DNA of 64,000 nucleotides from Candidatus Magasanikiibacteriota bacterium (lineage in GTDB: Bacteria; Patescibacteriota; Patescibacteriia; Magasanikbacterales; UBA922), in NCBI GenBank assembly GCA_041665025.1, contig JBAYJP010000006.1, forward strand, positions 5,440 to 69,439, in the 5' to 3' direction. The notes beneath the pieces are model-generated. The model searched no databases and was not told the DNA's origin. It was given only the letters and a program-made list of their open reading frames with translations. Below, in pieces: positions 18,563 to 28,040 of the stretch. How positions within the stretch are numbered: position 1 is the first letter of the stretch; every line of letters begins with the position of its first letter. The position numbers and the translations under genes were made by a program.

Positions 18563-18583
18563 GTTTACCATTCAATACTACAT

Positions 18584-20866
18584 ATGAAATTAGTCATCGT
18601 CGAATCACCTACCAAAGCAAAAACCATTTCCAAATTCCTTGGTAAGGATTTTGTTGTAGAGTCATCATTTGGCCATGTACGCGATTTGCCCAAAAGCAAA
18701 ATGGGAATTGATATAGAAGGCGGGACGTTTGAACCAAGCTATATGGTAAGTAAAGATAAGACAAAGCACGTGACCAAGCTCAAACAGCTTGCCAAAAAAG
18801 CAGACGCCATCATATTTGCAACTGACGAAGACCGCGAGGGAGAAGCTATTTCCTGGCATCTTGCCTATCTATTTGACATCAAGCCAGAAAAGGCAGAGCG
18901 CATTGCATTTCATGAAATTACTAAATCTGCTATAGAAGATGCCCTGAAGCACCCACGCCATATTGATCAAAAATTAGTCGACGCACAGCAGGCACGTCGC
19001 GTCTTAGATAGGCTTGTCGGATATGAGCTTTCTCCATTTTTATGGAAAAAAGTAGCACGAGGCCTTTCTGCCGGACGCGTGCAATCGGTGGCTGTTCGCA
19101 TTATTGTAGAACGCGAACGAGAAATCCAAGCATTTATACCACAAGAATATTGGTCCTTAGAAGGTATTTTTATCCCCTCATCAAAAAAAGAAAACCAAAT
19201 TCTTGGAAAATTACATACGATTGATGACAAAAAGATTGACCGTCTAGAAATAAAAACAAAAGAGCAGATGGATGAAATTTTAAACGATCTGAAAGATGAG
19301 ACTTACCATATCAAAAATATTGACGAAAAAGAAACAAAGCGCAGTCCTTCTGCGCCATTTACCACATCAACGCTCCAACAACAATCGAACCAAAAACTTG
19401 GCTACTCGGCAAAACAAACCATGGTACTCGCGCAACAATTGTATGAAGGCGTCGAGCTCGGATCACAAGGTTCTATTGGTCTTATCACCTACATGCGTAC
19501 TGATTCAGTAAATTTGTCTGATAATTTTTTAAATAGTGCGTCTGATTATATCAAGAAAAATTTTAGTGAAAAATTTTTAGAAAAAAGAACATTCAAGACA
19601 AAATCAAAAGGCGCGCAAGAAGCGCATGAAGCAATCAGACCAACCGATGTATACAATACCCCAGATGCAGTTGCACCATATCTCAATCCGCAACAATTAA
19701 AATTGTATACGCTTATTTGGAAACGCTCAGTTGCAACACAAATGGCAGATGCACGCTTGCTCAATACAAACATTGATATAAACACGCAAAAGTCTAACAA
19801 TCATGCGTACTCATTTCGTGCGACAGGACAACGTATCACATTTAATGGATGGCTTGCCCTCTATCCTGAGACGATAAAAGAAGAAACTCTCCCTACCCTT
19901 CACATCGATGAAACGCTTGTATGTGAGAAATTGAATCCCGAGCAACACAGTACCGAGCCACCAGCTCGATATTCAGACGCAACACTCGTCAAAACGCTTG
20001 AAGAATATGGCATTGGCCGCCCTTCTACCTATGCGCCTACCATTGCCACAATTGAAGACCGCGGATACGTAGAACGCGACGACAACAAACGCCTTAGGCC
20101 AAAAGATATTGCATTTCTCGTAAATGATTTGTTAGTCCAGCATTTTAGCAACATTGTAGATTACCAATTTACTGCACAAATGGAAGGTAATCTTGATGCT
20201 ATTGCAGAAGGAGAAAAGGATTGGAAACCAATTATTGCGACATTTTATACTCCTTTTCATGAAAATGTTGTTCAAAAAACAGACAACCTCACCAAAGAAG
20301 ACACGGCAAGCATGCGCGAACTTGGTGCTGATCCAGAAAGCGGAAAACCTATCTTTGTTCGCATTGGACGCTATGGGCCATTTGTACAAAAAGGCAAAGC
20401 TGAGGATGAAGAAAAACCTCAATTTGCAAAACTTAAAAAAGAACAGTCAGTTGAAACTATTACGCTTGAGGACGCGCTTATACTCTTCACACTGCCCCGT
20501 ATTTTAGGTACAGACGAGGAGGGACACGACATTATTGCAAACACCGGACGGTTTGGACCGTATGTACAAATTGAAAAAAAATATTTTTCAATAAAAGGTG
20601 AAGACCCCTACACCATCACACTACAGCGCGCTCGAGAGATTATTGCTGAACAAAAAGAAAAGAAAGAAAAAGCTACTATTAAAAAATTTGAAAACTCAAC
20701 CGTAGAAATTCGTGATGGGCGCTATGGACCATACATTACTGATACGGCAACCAAAACTAACACAAAAATTCCAAAAGACAAAGCTCCTGCAGATTTGACG
20801 CTTGAGGAATGCACTAAACTTCTCATAGAACAACCGAGCAAAAAACGCTGGAGAAAAAAGAAATAA
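18584..20866 (+). CDS. topA: DNA topoisomerase I with C-terminal Topo_C repeats (no Zn ribbons)
   Basis: LVIVESPTK, ATDEDREGE, SAGRVQS, ITYMRTDS (catalytic Tyr) and GR(Y/F)GP(Y/F) repeats. Confidence 0.98.
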   Translation: MKLVIVESPTKAKTISKFLGKDFVVESSFGHVRDLPKSKMGIDIEGGTFEPSYMVSKDKTKHVTKLKQLAKKADAIIFATDEDREGEAISWHLAYLFDIKPEKAERIAFHEITKSAIEDALKHPRHIDQKLVDAQQARRVLDRLVGYELSPFLWKKVARGLSAGRVQSVAVRIIVEREREIQAFIPQEYWSLEGIFIPSSKKENQILGKLHTIDDKKIDRLEIKTKEQMDEILNDLKDETYHIKNIDEKETKRSPSAPFTTSTLQQQSNQKLGYSAKQTMVLAQQLYEGVELGSQGSIGLITYMRTDSVNLSDNFLNSASDYIKKNFSEKFLEKRTFKTKSKGAQEAHEAIRPTDVYNTPDAVAPYLNPQQLKLYTLIWKRSVATQMADARLLNTNIDINTQKSNNHAYSFRATGQRITFNGWLALYPETIKEETLPTLHIDETLVCEKLNPEQHSTEPPARYSDATLVKTLEEYGIGRPSTYAPTIATIEDRGYVERDDNKRLRPKDIAFLVNDLLVQHFSNIVDYQFTAQMEGNLDAIAEGEKDWKPIIATFYTPFHENVVQKTDNLTKEDTASMRELGADPESGKPIFVRIGRYGPFVQKGKAEDEEKPQFAKLKKEQSVETITLEDALILFTLPRILGTDEEGHDIIANTGRFGPYVQIEKKYFSIKGEDPYTITLQRAREIIAEQKEKKEKATIKKFENSTVEIRDGRYGPYITDTATKTNTKIPKDKAPADLTLEECTKLLIEQPSKKRWRKKK

Positions 20867-21029
20867 AGGATCTTCACAACAAGCTAACGAGGTATTACGA
20901 GCTTAATTGAAGAGCTATTTTCTTGGCAAGCCACGAGGTATTGATCCTATAGTTACTCCTCGGCTCGGAAAAGCAAAATCGCTTTTGCTTTCCTCTCGCC
21001 TGCGTCGTAAATAAAACAAATTCCACAAC

Positions 21030-21125
21030 AAAAAAACGCCCATTATTACGATGCGCGTTTTTTATGTAGCAGGAGAGTGTGACCTCAATGCCTATGGTGA
21101 TAGTAAGGTTCTCTACCCGCTACGC
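21030..21125 (-). ncRNA. Candidate small RNA 1 (about 95 nt; long bulged hairpin plus terminator)
   Basis: Promoter TTGTCT-17-(TGc)TATACT at 21159-21131. Nested helices GUAGCGGG/CCUGCUAC, AGAG/CUCU, ACCUUA/UGAGGU and CUAU-CACC-AUAG. Terminator at 21030-21064. No ORF on this strand. Confidence 0.6.
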
Positions 21126-21261
21126 AAAATAGTATAGCAGGCTGAACAAAAAAAGACAAGCGTAGAGACACTAATTACACTAATTTTGTCGGATTCTACA
21201 GTGTTCTTAATTATACTCAGCGTAATCCTTAAAAAACAGTATAATCAATGTTAAATAAGCT

Positions 21262-21333
21262 AAAAAAAGAGAAAACCCCAACCTTACGATTGGGGTTTCC
21301 TTTCGGCGTTTAGGCCTCTACCTTATTATCACC
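21262..21333 (-). ncRNA. Candidate small RNA 2 (about 70 nt; unstructured 5' seed plus terminator)
   Basis: Perfect promoter TTGACA-17-(TGa)TATAAT at 21368-21340. Terminator GAAACCCCAA-tcgtaagg-TTGGGGTTTT plus U tract. No ORF. Confidence 0.65.
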
Positions 21334-21451
21334 AAAAGTATTATATCATAAATATAGCCTTTTGTCAAGGTTTTGGTCGATATACAGCAAATTAACTTGC
21401 AAAATAAGCCAATAAATGATACAAATATAAAGACGTCAAATTAATTATTAT

Positions 21452-22951
21452 ATGCCTGCTACGCAAAAAAACATCACTATAGAGCAATTACTTGAAAAAA
21501 TTAAGTCTTATGACCCTAAGGCTGATTTAGATTTGGTCAGACTTGCCTACGATTTTGCAGCGCACGCGCATGAAGGACAGACGCGAAAATCAGGAGAACC
21601 TTATATAATCCATCCACTTGCTGCGGCAGACATACTCGTTGACATGCACATAGATCCCATTATTGTTGTGGCCGCCCTTTTGCATGATGTTCCAGAAGAC
21701 ACAAAATATACACTAGACGACATTGAAAAAAATTTTGGCGGTGAAGTGGCGTCTATGGTACGAGGCATTACTAAATTGGGTAAATTAAAATACCGCGGGG
21801 TAGAACGCTACATAGAAAATTTACGTAAAATGTTTATTGCCATGGCCGAGGATGTCCGCGTGATGATTATCAAATTTGCCGACCGGATACACAATCTCAC
21901 TACGCTTGATGCTCTACCTCCCCAAAAACGATATCGAATTGCATTAGAAAGTCTAGAAATTTATGCTCCCATTGCCAACCGCCTTGGCATGGATGAAATC
22001 AAAGGGCAACTCGAAGACCTGTCATTTAAGTATGTATATCCCAAAGAATATGAACGCATAAAAGATGAACGCGATGAAAAACTAAAAGGAAAAGAAGGAT
22101 ATTTTGCCCAACTCATCCTACGCACAAAACAAGAATTAGAAAAAGCAGGTATACATCCGATATCCATACATGGAAGAGATAAACGCCTGTATAGTCTGTA
22201 TCGGAAACTTTTGCGCAAAGAAAATGACATAAATAAAATATACGACATCGTCGCTATACGTATTATCGTAAATAATTTAGCTGAATGTTACGCCACACTG
22301 GGAATTTTACATACATGTTGGAAACCGGTAAAAGGAAGAATAAAAGACTATATTTCACAACCAAAACCAAACGGTTATCAATCATTGCACACTACGGTGT
22401 TTGATCAAAGTGGCGAACTTATAGAATTTCAAATACGGACATTATCCATGCATGAAAATGCTGAATTTGGTATTGCCGCGCATTGGCACTATGATGAGAA
22501 TGGAAGTCATATGCCTGCCAAACAAATAAAATGGATAAAGGAACTGGCAGAAATACAAAAAGAAATCTTGAGCAAACTGTCTGATCTTGAAGAAATAAAG
22601 GTGGATTTCCTTCAATCACGGATATTTGTATTTACTCCAAAAGGCGACGTCATAGATTTGCCGGAAGACGCCACGCCTATTGATTTTGCCTACCACATAC
22701 ACTCGGACGTCGGAAATAAATGCGTGGCTGCTCGTGTAAATGACAAAATGGTAAGTCTAGATACGGGGCTCAACAATGGCGATGTTGTAGAGATAATAAC
22801 TGACAAAAATAGAAAAGGACCAAGCGACGACTGGATTAATATTGCAAAAACTCATACTGCCAAAATACATATACGAACGGCAATGAAAAAAAGCGGAGGT
22901 ATGTCTATTACAAAATTATTCAAATCCGTATTACCGAAAAAACAAGGATGA
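21452..22951 (+). CDS. rel: RelA/SpoT family (p)ppGpp synthetase/hydrolase (HD + synthetase + TGS, no ACT)
   Basis: RKSGEPYIIHP, LLHDVPEDT, DRIHN, KPNGYQSLHT, EFQIRT and TGS FTPKGD...DFAY. Confidence 0.93.
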   Translation: MPATQKNITIEQLLEKIKSYDPKADLDLVRLAYDFAAHAHEGQTRKSGEPYIIHPLAAADILVDMHIDPIIVVAALLHDVPEDTKYTLDDIEKNFGGEVASMVRGITKLGKLKYRGVERYIENLRKMFIAMAEDVRVMIIKFADRIHNLTTLDALPPQKRYRIALESLEIYAPIANRLGMDEIKGQLEDLSFKYVYPKEYERIKDERDEKLKGKEGYFAQLILRTKQELEKAGIHPISIHGRDKRLYSLYRKLLRKENDINKIYDIVAIRIIVNNLAECYATLGILHTCWKPVKGRIKDYISQPKPNGYQSLHTTVFDQSGELIEFQIRTLSMHENAEFGIAAHWHYDENGSHMPAKQIKWIKELAEIQKEILSKLSDLEEIKVDFLQSRIFVFTPKGDVIDLPEDATPIDFAYHIHSDVGNKCVAARVNDKMVSLDTGLNNGDVVEIITDKNRKGPSDDWINIAKTHTAKIHIRTAMKKSGGMSITKLFKSVLPKKQG

Positions 22952-22958
22952 TTTCCTC

Positions 22959-23078
22959 CCTAAGTTTACTAAGTACCTACGTTACCTAAGTAAAATCATA
23001 AACGCCATATCATAAAAATCTGTGTTTAATACACAGATTTTTTTAAAATTAGCTTAGTCAACTTAGACTAACTTAGTT
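22959..23078. repeat. Inverted 9-mer array (CTAAGTT / AACTTAG) enclosing a terminator hairpin
   Basis: ctaagtttactaagtacc... and ...aacttagactaacttag flank aaaaatctgtgt-ttaat-acacagattttt. Same family at 40163-40212 and 51398-51502. Confidence 0.7.
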
Positions 23079-23931
23079 CCTGAACTAACCGTTTGAGTTC
23101 TTCGCGAGAATGATATGCAATGACAATAGTCCCCTTTTCTCCTTTTTGGGTAATGCTCACGCGTGTACCAAGGCGTTCCTCAATCATTTCTTCTTGTGCT
23201 CGAATATTTGGATCTCTTCGAACTGATCCTTTACGGGATGTTTCTGGCTTTTGAGATACCAAATGTTCCACATCACGCACACTCATCTGTTGTCCCATCA
23301 TACTTTTGAACACTTCAAGCTGTTCTTCTGAATTTTTGAGTGTAAGCAATGCTTTGGCCTTGCCAGCACTCAGTGTGCCATCTGCCAAAGATTTTTGTAT
23401 TGCGTCTGGCAAATCAAGCAAACGTATGGTATTTGCTACTGCAGGTCTGCTTTTTCCAACACGCTGTGCAACCTGTTCTTGAGTCAGATTGAATTCTTCC
23501 ATAAGCCGGCTATATGCAAACGCCTCTTCTATCGGATTCAAATTCTGTCTTTGAACATTTTCAATAAGGGCTAATTCGAGTTTCTGCTGTTCTGTTGCGC
23601 TACGCACCAACACAGGGACAGTTGCAAGCCCTGCGATTTGTGCTGAACGAAGACGCCGTTCTCCGGCAATAAGCTCATATCCTCCGTCTTCTTTTTCTGT
23701 TGCAATAAGAGGCTGTAAAATTCCATGTTCTTTTATCGAACTCACCAAATCTTCCAGTCCCTGGTGATCAAAATATTGACGCGGCTGATGTGCATTGGGC
23801 GTGATCTCAGAAATTGGCACATGCCAAATTTTATCATCTTGTCGCTGTGCTATACCTGTTTCATGGCGAATAATATGCAAAACTTTTTTTTGCTGGGGAA
23901 TAAGAGAATTGAGTCCTTTGCCTAAAGCCAT
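23068..23931 (-). CDS. parB: Chromosome partitioning protein ParB
   Basis: LGKGL, QPR, GILQP, IAGERRLR, ENVQRQNLNPIEEA and HTH. Confidence 0.97.
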   Translation of the reverse strand: MALGKGLNSLIPQQKKVLHIIRHETGIAQRQDDKIWHVPISEITPNAHQPRQYFDHQGLEDLVSSIKEHGILQPLIATEKEDGGYELIAGERRLRSAQIAGLATVPVLVRSATEQQKLELALIENVQRQNLNPIEEAFAYSRLMEEFNLTQEQVAQRVGKSRPAVANTIRLLDLPDAIQKSLADGTLSAGKAKALLTLKNSEEQLEVFKSMMGQQMSVRDVEHLVSQKPETSRKGSVRRDPNIRAQEEMIEERLGTRVSITQKGEKGTIVIAYHSREELKRLVQELS

Positions 23932-23998
23932 AAAAAAATTTAGAATTTCAAATTTTAAATTTCGAATTGTTTCAAAATTTAGAATTCAAAACTAATAA

Positions 23999-24766
23999 TT
24001 AAATCTGGTGTCTTTCAATAACTTCTCTTGCTAACCGCTCATATGCTTTTGCACCTTTGCCGTTTGGTTCATAATGAACAATAGATTTTCCAAAACTAGG
24101 CGCTTCGGCAAGACGTACGGTGCGCGGAATTACGGAACGAAATATATTATTGGGAAAATATTTATATAATTCATTCATGACCTCGGTCGACAACCGTGTC
24201 CGCTGGTCAAACATGGTCAATACTGCGCCCAACACCTTGAGGTCTGGGTGGATGTGCGTTTTGACAAGCTCAATGGTGTGCAATAACTGTCCCAATCCTT
24301 CAAGCGCGTAATACTCAGCTTGAACTGGAATTAGTAATTCATCCGCAGCAACCAGACTATTTATGGTGAGCAAACCAAGTGATGGTGGACAATCAATAAT
24401 AATATAATCATATCCATGCCTTACTTCGCTCAATAAATCACGCAATTGAAATTCTCGACGCTCGACGTCCACAAGCTCGACAGATGCACCTGCAAGATTT
24501 GAGGTGGCTGGGGCAATGCGCAAGCCTTCGTGACCCGTATTTACAACCACGTCATGCATCCTTTTTTGACGCGCCAATGCTTCATAAATGCCATGCGTAA
24601 GCTGTTCGCGATTAATGCCAAGACCGCTTGTAGCATTTCCCTGTGGATCCATATCCACAAGCAAGACAAACTTGCCCAGTTCAGCAAGAAAAGCGGCAAG
24701 ATTTACCGCCGTTGTAGTTTTCCCTACTCCGCCTTTTTGATTGACAACAGAAACAATTTTTGGCAT
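23999..24766 (-). CDS. parA: ParA/Soj ATPase
   Basis: NQKGGVGKTTT, DMDPQGNAT, DCPPSLG, EAPSFG. Confidence 0.97.
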   Translation of the reverse strand: MPKIVSVVNQKGGVGKTTTAVNLAAFLAELGKFVLLVDMDPQGNATSGLGINREQLTHGIYEALARQKRMHDVVVNTGHEGLRIAPATSNLAGASVELVDVERREFQLRDLLSEVRHGYDYIIIDCPPSLGLLTINSLVAADELLIPVQAEYYALEGLGQLLHTIELVKTHIHPDLKVLGAVLTMFDQRTRLSTEVMNELYKYFPNNIFRSVIPRTVRLAEAPSFGKSIVHYEPNGKGAKAYERLAREVIERHQI

Positions 24767-24797
24767 ACGATAATATGTACATACAGTATATCAAATA

Positions 24798-24826
24798 TTG
24801 ACATAGGCTACAATATTTTATATACT
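24798..24826 (+). promoter_or_regulatory. Sigma70 promoter of the tRNA-Leu locus
   Basis: TTGACA-17-TATACT. Confidence 0.7.
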
Positions 24827-24842
24827 TCTTTTCGTCTAAAAA

Positions 24843-24907
24843 GCTCGGGTGGCGGAATTAGCCTGCCCGCCGTCGCTACGCTCAGGCATTGCAGGCGGGT
24901 AGACGCA
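24843..24907 (+). pseudogene. 5' fragment of a tRNA-Leu-like gene interrupted in the D-loop by a GC-rich palindrome
   Basis: gctcgggtggcggaatt[...]ggtagacgca parallels the start of the downstream tRNA-Leu. No anticodon or T arm follows. Confidence 0.65.
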
Positions 24908-24951
24908 ACAACATTTTTGATCTCAACAACATATCTTAAAAAGTAAGCAAA

Positions 24952-25035
24952 GCCGAAGTGGTGGAATTGGTAGACGCAACGGACTCAAAATCCGTCGGGG
25001 GCAACCCCATGAGGGTTCAAGTCCCTCCTTCGGTA
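24952..25035 (+). tRNA. tRNA-Leu(CAA)
   Basis: Acceptor GCCGAAG/CTTCGGT, anticodon arm ACGGA-CT-CAA-AA-TCCGT, long variable arm GGGG-GCAA-CCCC. Confidence 0.95.
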
Positions 25036-25042
25036 CTAATAT

Positions 25043-26017
25043 ATGAACATATTTTTTGACTTGCTTATTGCGATAGGTATGATAATAACTGCTTTTCCAG
25101 CGGTTATTTTATTGTATAGTAGTTTTAAGCGGCCAGAAAGTTGGGAATATACTCATAAAAAAATCACATATATATTTTCGTCTCTACTATTTGCTTGTAC
25201 ACTAACTTTAATCTGGGGAAGTTTTATCGAGCCTCGTATACTTGTGGTCAAGGAATATACACAGGATATACAACAAATTAAAAAACCAGTGAGAATTGCT
25301 TTTGTTTCAGACATCCACATGGGTATATACAAACAAACTGAATGGATGAAAAAAATTATTGAAAAAATTAAAACACTCAATCCAGACATGGTCATCCTTG
25401 GAGGTGATCAAATAGACAATGATATCTACAATCCCGCAGAACTCATTTACTTGGAACCATTGCGCGAACTTGCAAAAGATTACCCTGTCTATACTATACA
25501 TGGCAACCATGAATATGGCATTCGCGGAGGTAAATCTGTAAGTGATCCAAAATATCGCGCAGCAGATATTTCCAAAGAAGCCAGAAAAAGAATGGAAGAT
25601 ATCGGGGTTATTTATCTCGTAAATCAAGTAGAGCTTGTCACCGTCGAGGAACAGACGTTCTATCTATTTGGGGGCGATGAATATTGGAACCACACACTTG
25701 ATTTCTCTACAATACAAAATCGTGAAAAGAAAGATATCCCCGTCATAGGTGTTGTACATAACCCCTCATTTATTACAGAGACATATCCGTATGATGTGCC
25801 ACTATGGCTTTCTGGACATACACACGGTGGACAAATAAGGTTGCCTTTTGTGGGGCCGATAGGTCGTGCTGATTCTGTCTTGTCGACACGATATTACAAA
25901 GGACTGCAAGAACTGCCCAATACCCAACATATTCTTATAAGCTCTGGCGCTGGCGAAACAGGTGCACGAGCACGACTGTTTAATCCGCCAGAAATTGTTT
26001 TCCTTACCATATACTAA
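25043..26017 (+). CDS. Membrane-anchored metallophosphoesterase (YkuE/YaeI-like)
   Basis: SDIH, GGD, GNHE, HNP, SGHTHGGQ; two N-terminal TMs. Confidence 0.9.
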   Translation: MNIFFDLLIAIGMIITAFPAVILLYSSFKRPESWEYTHKKITYIFSSLLFACTLTLIWGSFIEPRILVVKEYTQDIQQIKKPVRIAFVSDIHMGIYKQTEWMKKIIEKIKTLNPDMVILGGDQIDNDIYNPAELIYLEPLRELAKDYPVYTIHGNHEYGIRGGKSVSDPKYRAADISKEARKRMEDIGVIYLVNQVELVTVEEQTFYLFGGDEYWNHTLDFSTIQNREKKDIPVIGVVHNPSFITETYPYDVPLWLSGHTHGGQIRLPFVGPIGRADSVLSTRYYKGLQELPNTQHILISSGAGETGARARLFNPPEIVFLTIY

Positions 26018-26042
26018 AAAGATCCTATACGTACGGGATCTT

Positions 26043-26513
26043 TTATATTAGTTTTTGACGTAGCAGCTCAGACACTGGCGGTCCATCTTGGACTTTAAAC
26101 TCAACTTCATTCTCCCCCGACAATACATACGCGATTCTCTCCTTTTTGTAAGGCGAAGTATTGCGGGGTAATTCATCATACGAAAACCACTTGCAATCAT
26201 TTACTTCTTCTTTTTGAAGTTTTAATTTTCCCCCGATAACATGGCCTACAAAATTAAACACCATACCATTGTTGTGAGGACGTATATATATTCCCGAAAG
26301 CCGATCTATCTCAATATCATATCCTGTCTCTTCTTTTACTTCTCGAACGGCTGCATCGTAGGGAGTTTCACCAGGCTCAAGCCCTCCACCAGGTGTTTCC
26401 CATAAGTCACGGTCTGCGCGATGAATATACAAAATCTCTTTTTTATCATTTAAAATAGTTACAAATACTCCTATAGCATATTTTGTTTTCTTTTTCTTAT
26501 GCATAATTACCAT
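26043..26513 (-). CDS. NUDIX hydrolase
   Basis: Nudix box PGGGLEPGETPYDAAVREVKEETG. The start is uncertain (26513 or 26504). Confidence 0.9.
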   Translation of the reverse strand: MVIMHKKKKTKYAIGVFVTILNDKKEILYIHRADRDLWETPGGGLEPGETPYDAAVREVKEETGYDIEIDRLSGIYIRPHNNGMVFNFVGHVIGGKLKLQKEEVNDCKWFSYDELPRNTSPYKKERIAYVLSGENEVEFKVQDGPPVSELLRQKLI

Positions 26514-27004
26514 AGCCATTGAAAAGCCTCCCAAGCAAAAAGCGTAATGAGCGTAACAATAATACCAGCTAATGCAACGCCTGCAAAAATAAGCGGAAAG
26601 GATTTACGAAATGGGATGTTGAAAATAAATGCGATGAGAGACCCTGTCCATGCACCCGTCATAGGCAAAGGAATACCTACAAAAATAACAAGGGCGATGG
26701 CTCCATATTTTGAAAATTTTCCAGAAAATACACGCTCAGCTTTTTCGAGCCTATGTTTAAATAGCTTTCCAATGAGTGGTTGATGAAGTAGCCACGTATG
26801 CAGTTTTGGGATAATGAGGAGTAATACTGCAACAGGCACCATATTCCCCAATACAGTCAAAATGAAAGCCTCCCACACCGGAAGTTTATACACGGTAAGT
26901 GCAATCGGCAATGAAGCACGCAATTCAGTCAAGGGCAACATGGAAAGCAAAAAGGTCGCCCACTCATGCGACACGCCACTAAACCATATAGATGTATCTA
27001 ACAT
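26507..27004 (-). CDS. Putative small multidrug export protein (COG2426-like)
   Basis: LSMLPLTELRASLP, GNMVPV, FVGIPLPMTGAWTG. Confidence 0.88.
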   Translation of the reverse strand: MLDTSIWFSGVSHEWATFLLSMLPLTELRASLPIALTVYKLPVWEAFILTVLGNMVPVAVLLLIIPKLHTWLLHQPLIGKLFKHRLEKAERVFSGKFSKYGAIALVIFVGIPLPMTGAWTGSLIAFIFNIPFRKSFPLIFAGVALAGIIVTLITLFAWEAFQWLW

Positions 27005-27011
27005 ACGTATA

Positions 27012-28040
27012 TTAATTCCACGTATAATTATCAAAAGCCCACTGTGCCAAATCTCGAGCTTCATTAAAACGAGATTCATTGCTTTGTGAACCTAATACCA
27101 CCACATCAACCGCATGGCCATTCTCATCAGCCACTTCCATAGTAAAATTATATCCAGACGAAGGTATAAAACCTGTCTTGCCTCCTCTAAAATCAGCAAA
27201 ATTATGAGTGACCCACCCAAGCAAGAGCCAATCAGTATTCCACATCTGATGCTCGTTATCTCGTTCATGCGAGTACAACGTGTATTCTTTTACATGAAGA
27301 GCTGAGGCTATTTCTGATTTTTGCAAAGCTTCATGAACCAACAAAGCAACATCTGACGCGTTTGAAACATTTCCACTATCTAATCCTGTAGGCTCTACAA
27401 ATACAGTCTGGGTTAGACCAATTTCTTGGGCTTTTTCATTCATACGGGCCACAAATTGCTCGCGCGTCCAGCCAGTCGCATCAACCAATGTTAAAACTGC
27501 TTTATTTGATGAACCAACATACGCGGCATTCCAAAGCTGTTCAAGCGTATAGGTATCCCCTGCATACATATGCGTATCAACAACGGCATCATCTACAACC
27601 ACGGTAGATGTTGTCCATTCAACATCATGTTCGAGCAAGACAAGAGCGCTCATCAATTTGGTAATGCTTGCAAGCGGACGGCTCATATATTCATTTTGTG
27701 AAAATAAAACAGTACCGCTCTGAATATCTTTTACCATTGTACAGCAGGCACTAAGTCCAGATGCGTCATAGGGCGACGAAGAAGTATTGAGGACAGGAGT
27801 AGGAATAATGACGCGCGCAAAAGTTACATCCCCGCCAATGTCTGATATATTATCCTGCGAATCAATGTTGCGTACCACGTGCCGGTACAATTCTCCAAAT
27901 GAAATATCTTCGTTTTCGCTTCTGCTATAGAACACAAGAGATCCCGCAGCCACTATAAGAAGTATAAGAGCTATTCCATTTCTTACTCGATTTGAAGCAA
28001 TCGTGACACCCTGTGTGTTTTGTTTTAAAAAATTTATCAT
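27012..28040 (-). CDS. D-alanyl-D-alanine carboxypeptidase/endopeptidase (peptidase S11)
   Basis: SxxK (ASITK), SxN (SSN) and KTG motifs; N-terminal TM. Confidence 0.9.
   Translation of the reverse strand: MINFLKQNTQGVTIASNRVRNGIALILLIVAAGSLVFYSRSENEDISFGELYRHVVRNIDSQDNISDIGGDVTFARVIIPTPVLNTSSSPYDASGLSACCTMVKDIQSGTVLFSQNEYMSRPLASITKLMSALVLLEHDVEWTTSTVVVDDAVVDTHMYAGDTYTLEQLWNAAYVGSSNKAVLTLVDATGWTREQFVARMNEKAQEIGLTQTVFVEPTGLDSGNVSNASDVALLVHEALQKSEIASALHVKEYTLYSHERDNEHQMWNTDWLLLGWVTHNFADFRGGKTGFIPSSGYNFTMEVADENGHAVDVVVLGSQSNESRFNEARDLAQWAFDNYTWN

Noticed and set aside
21072-21132. Plus-strand mini-ORF MPMVIVRFSTRYAK after AGGAG (possible type I toxin)
   Set aside because: No plus-strand promoter was seen, a terminator lies just upstream, SD spacing is long and the peptide is not clearly hydrophobic. 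It is kept only as an alternative reading.
21355-21369. Promoter similarity cttgac(a)nggcta shared with 40246-40261
   Set aside because: It is short, includes the consensus -35 and differs by one A, so chance is plausible.
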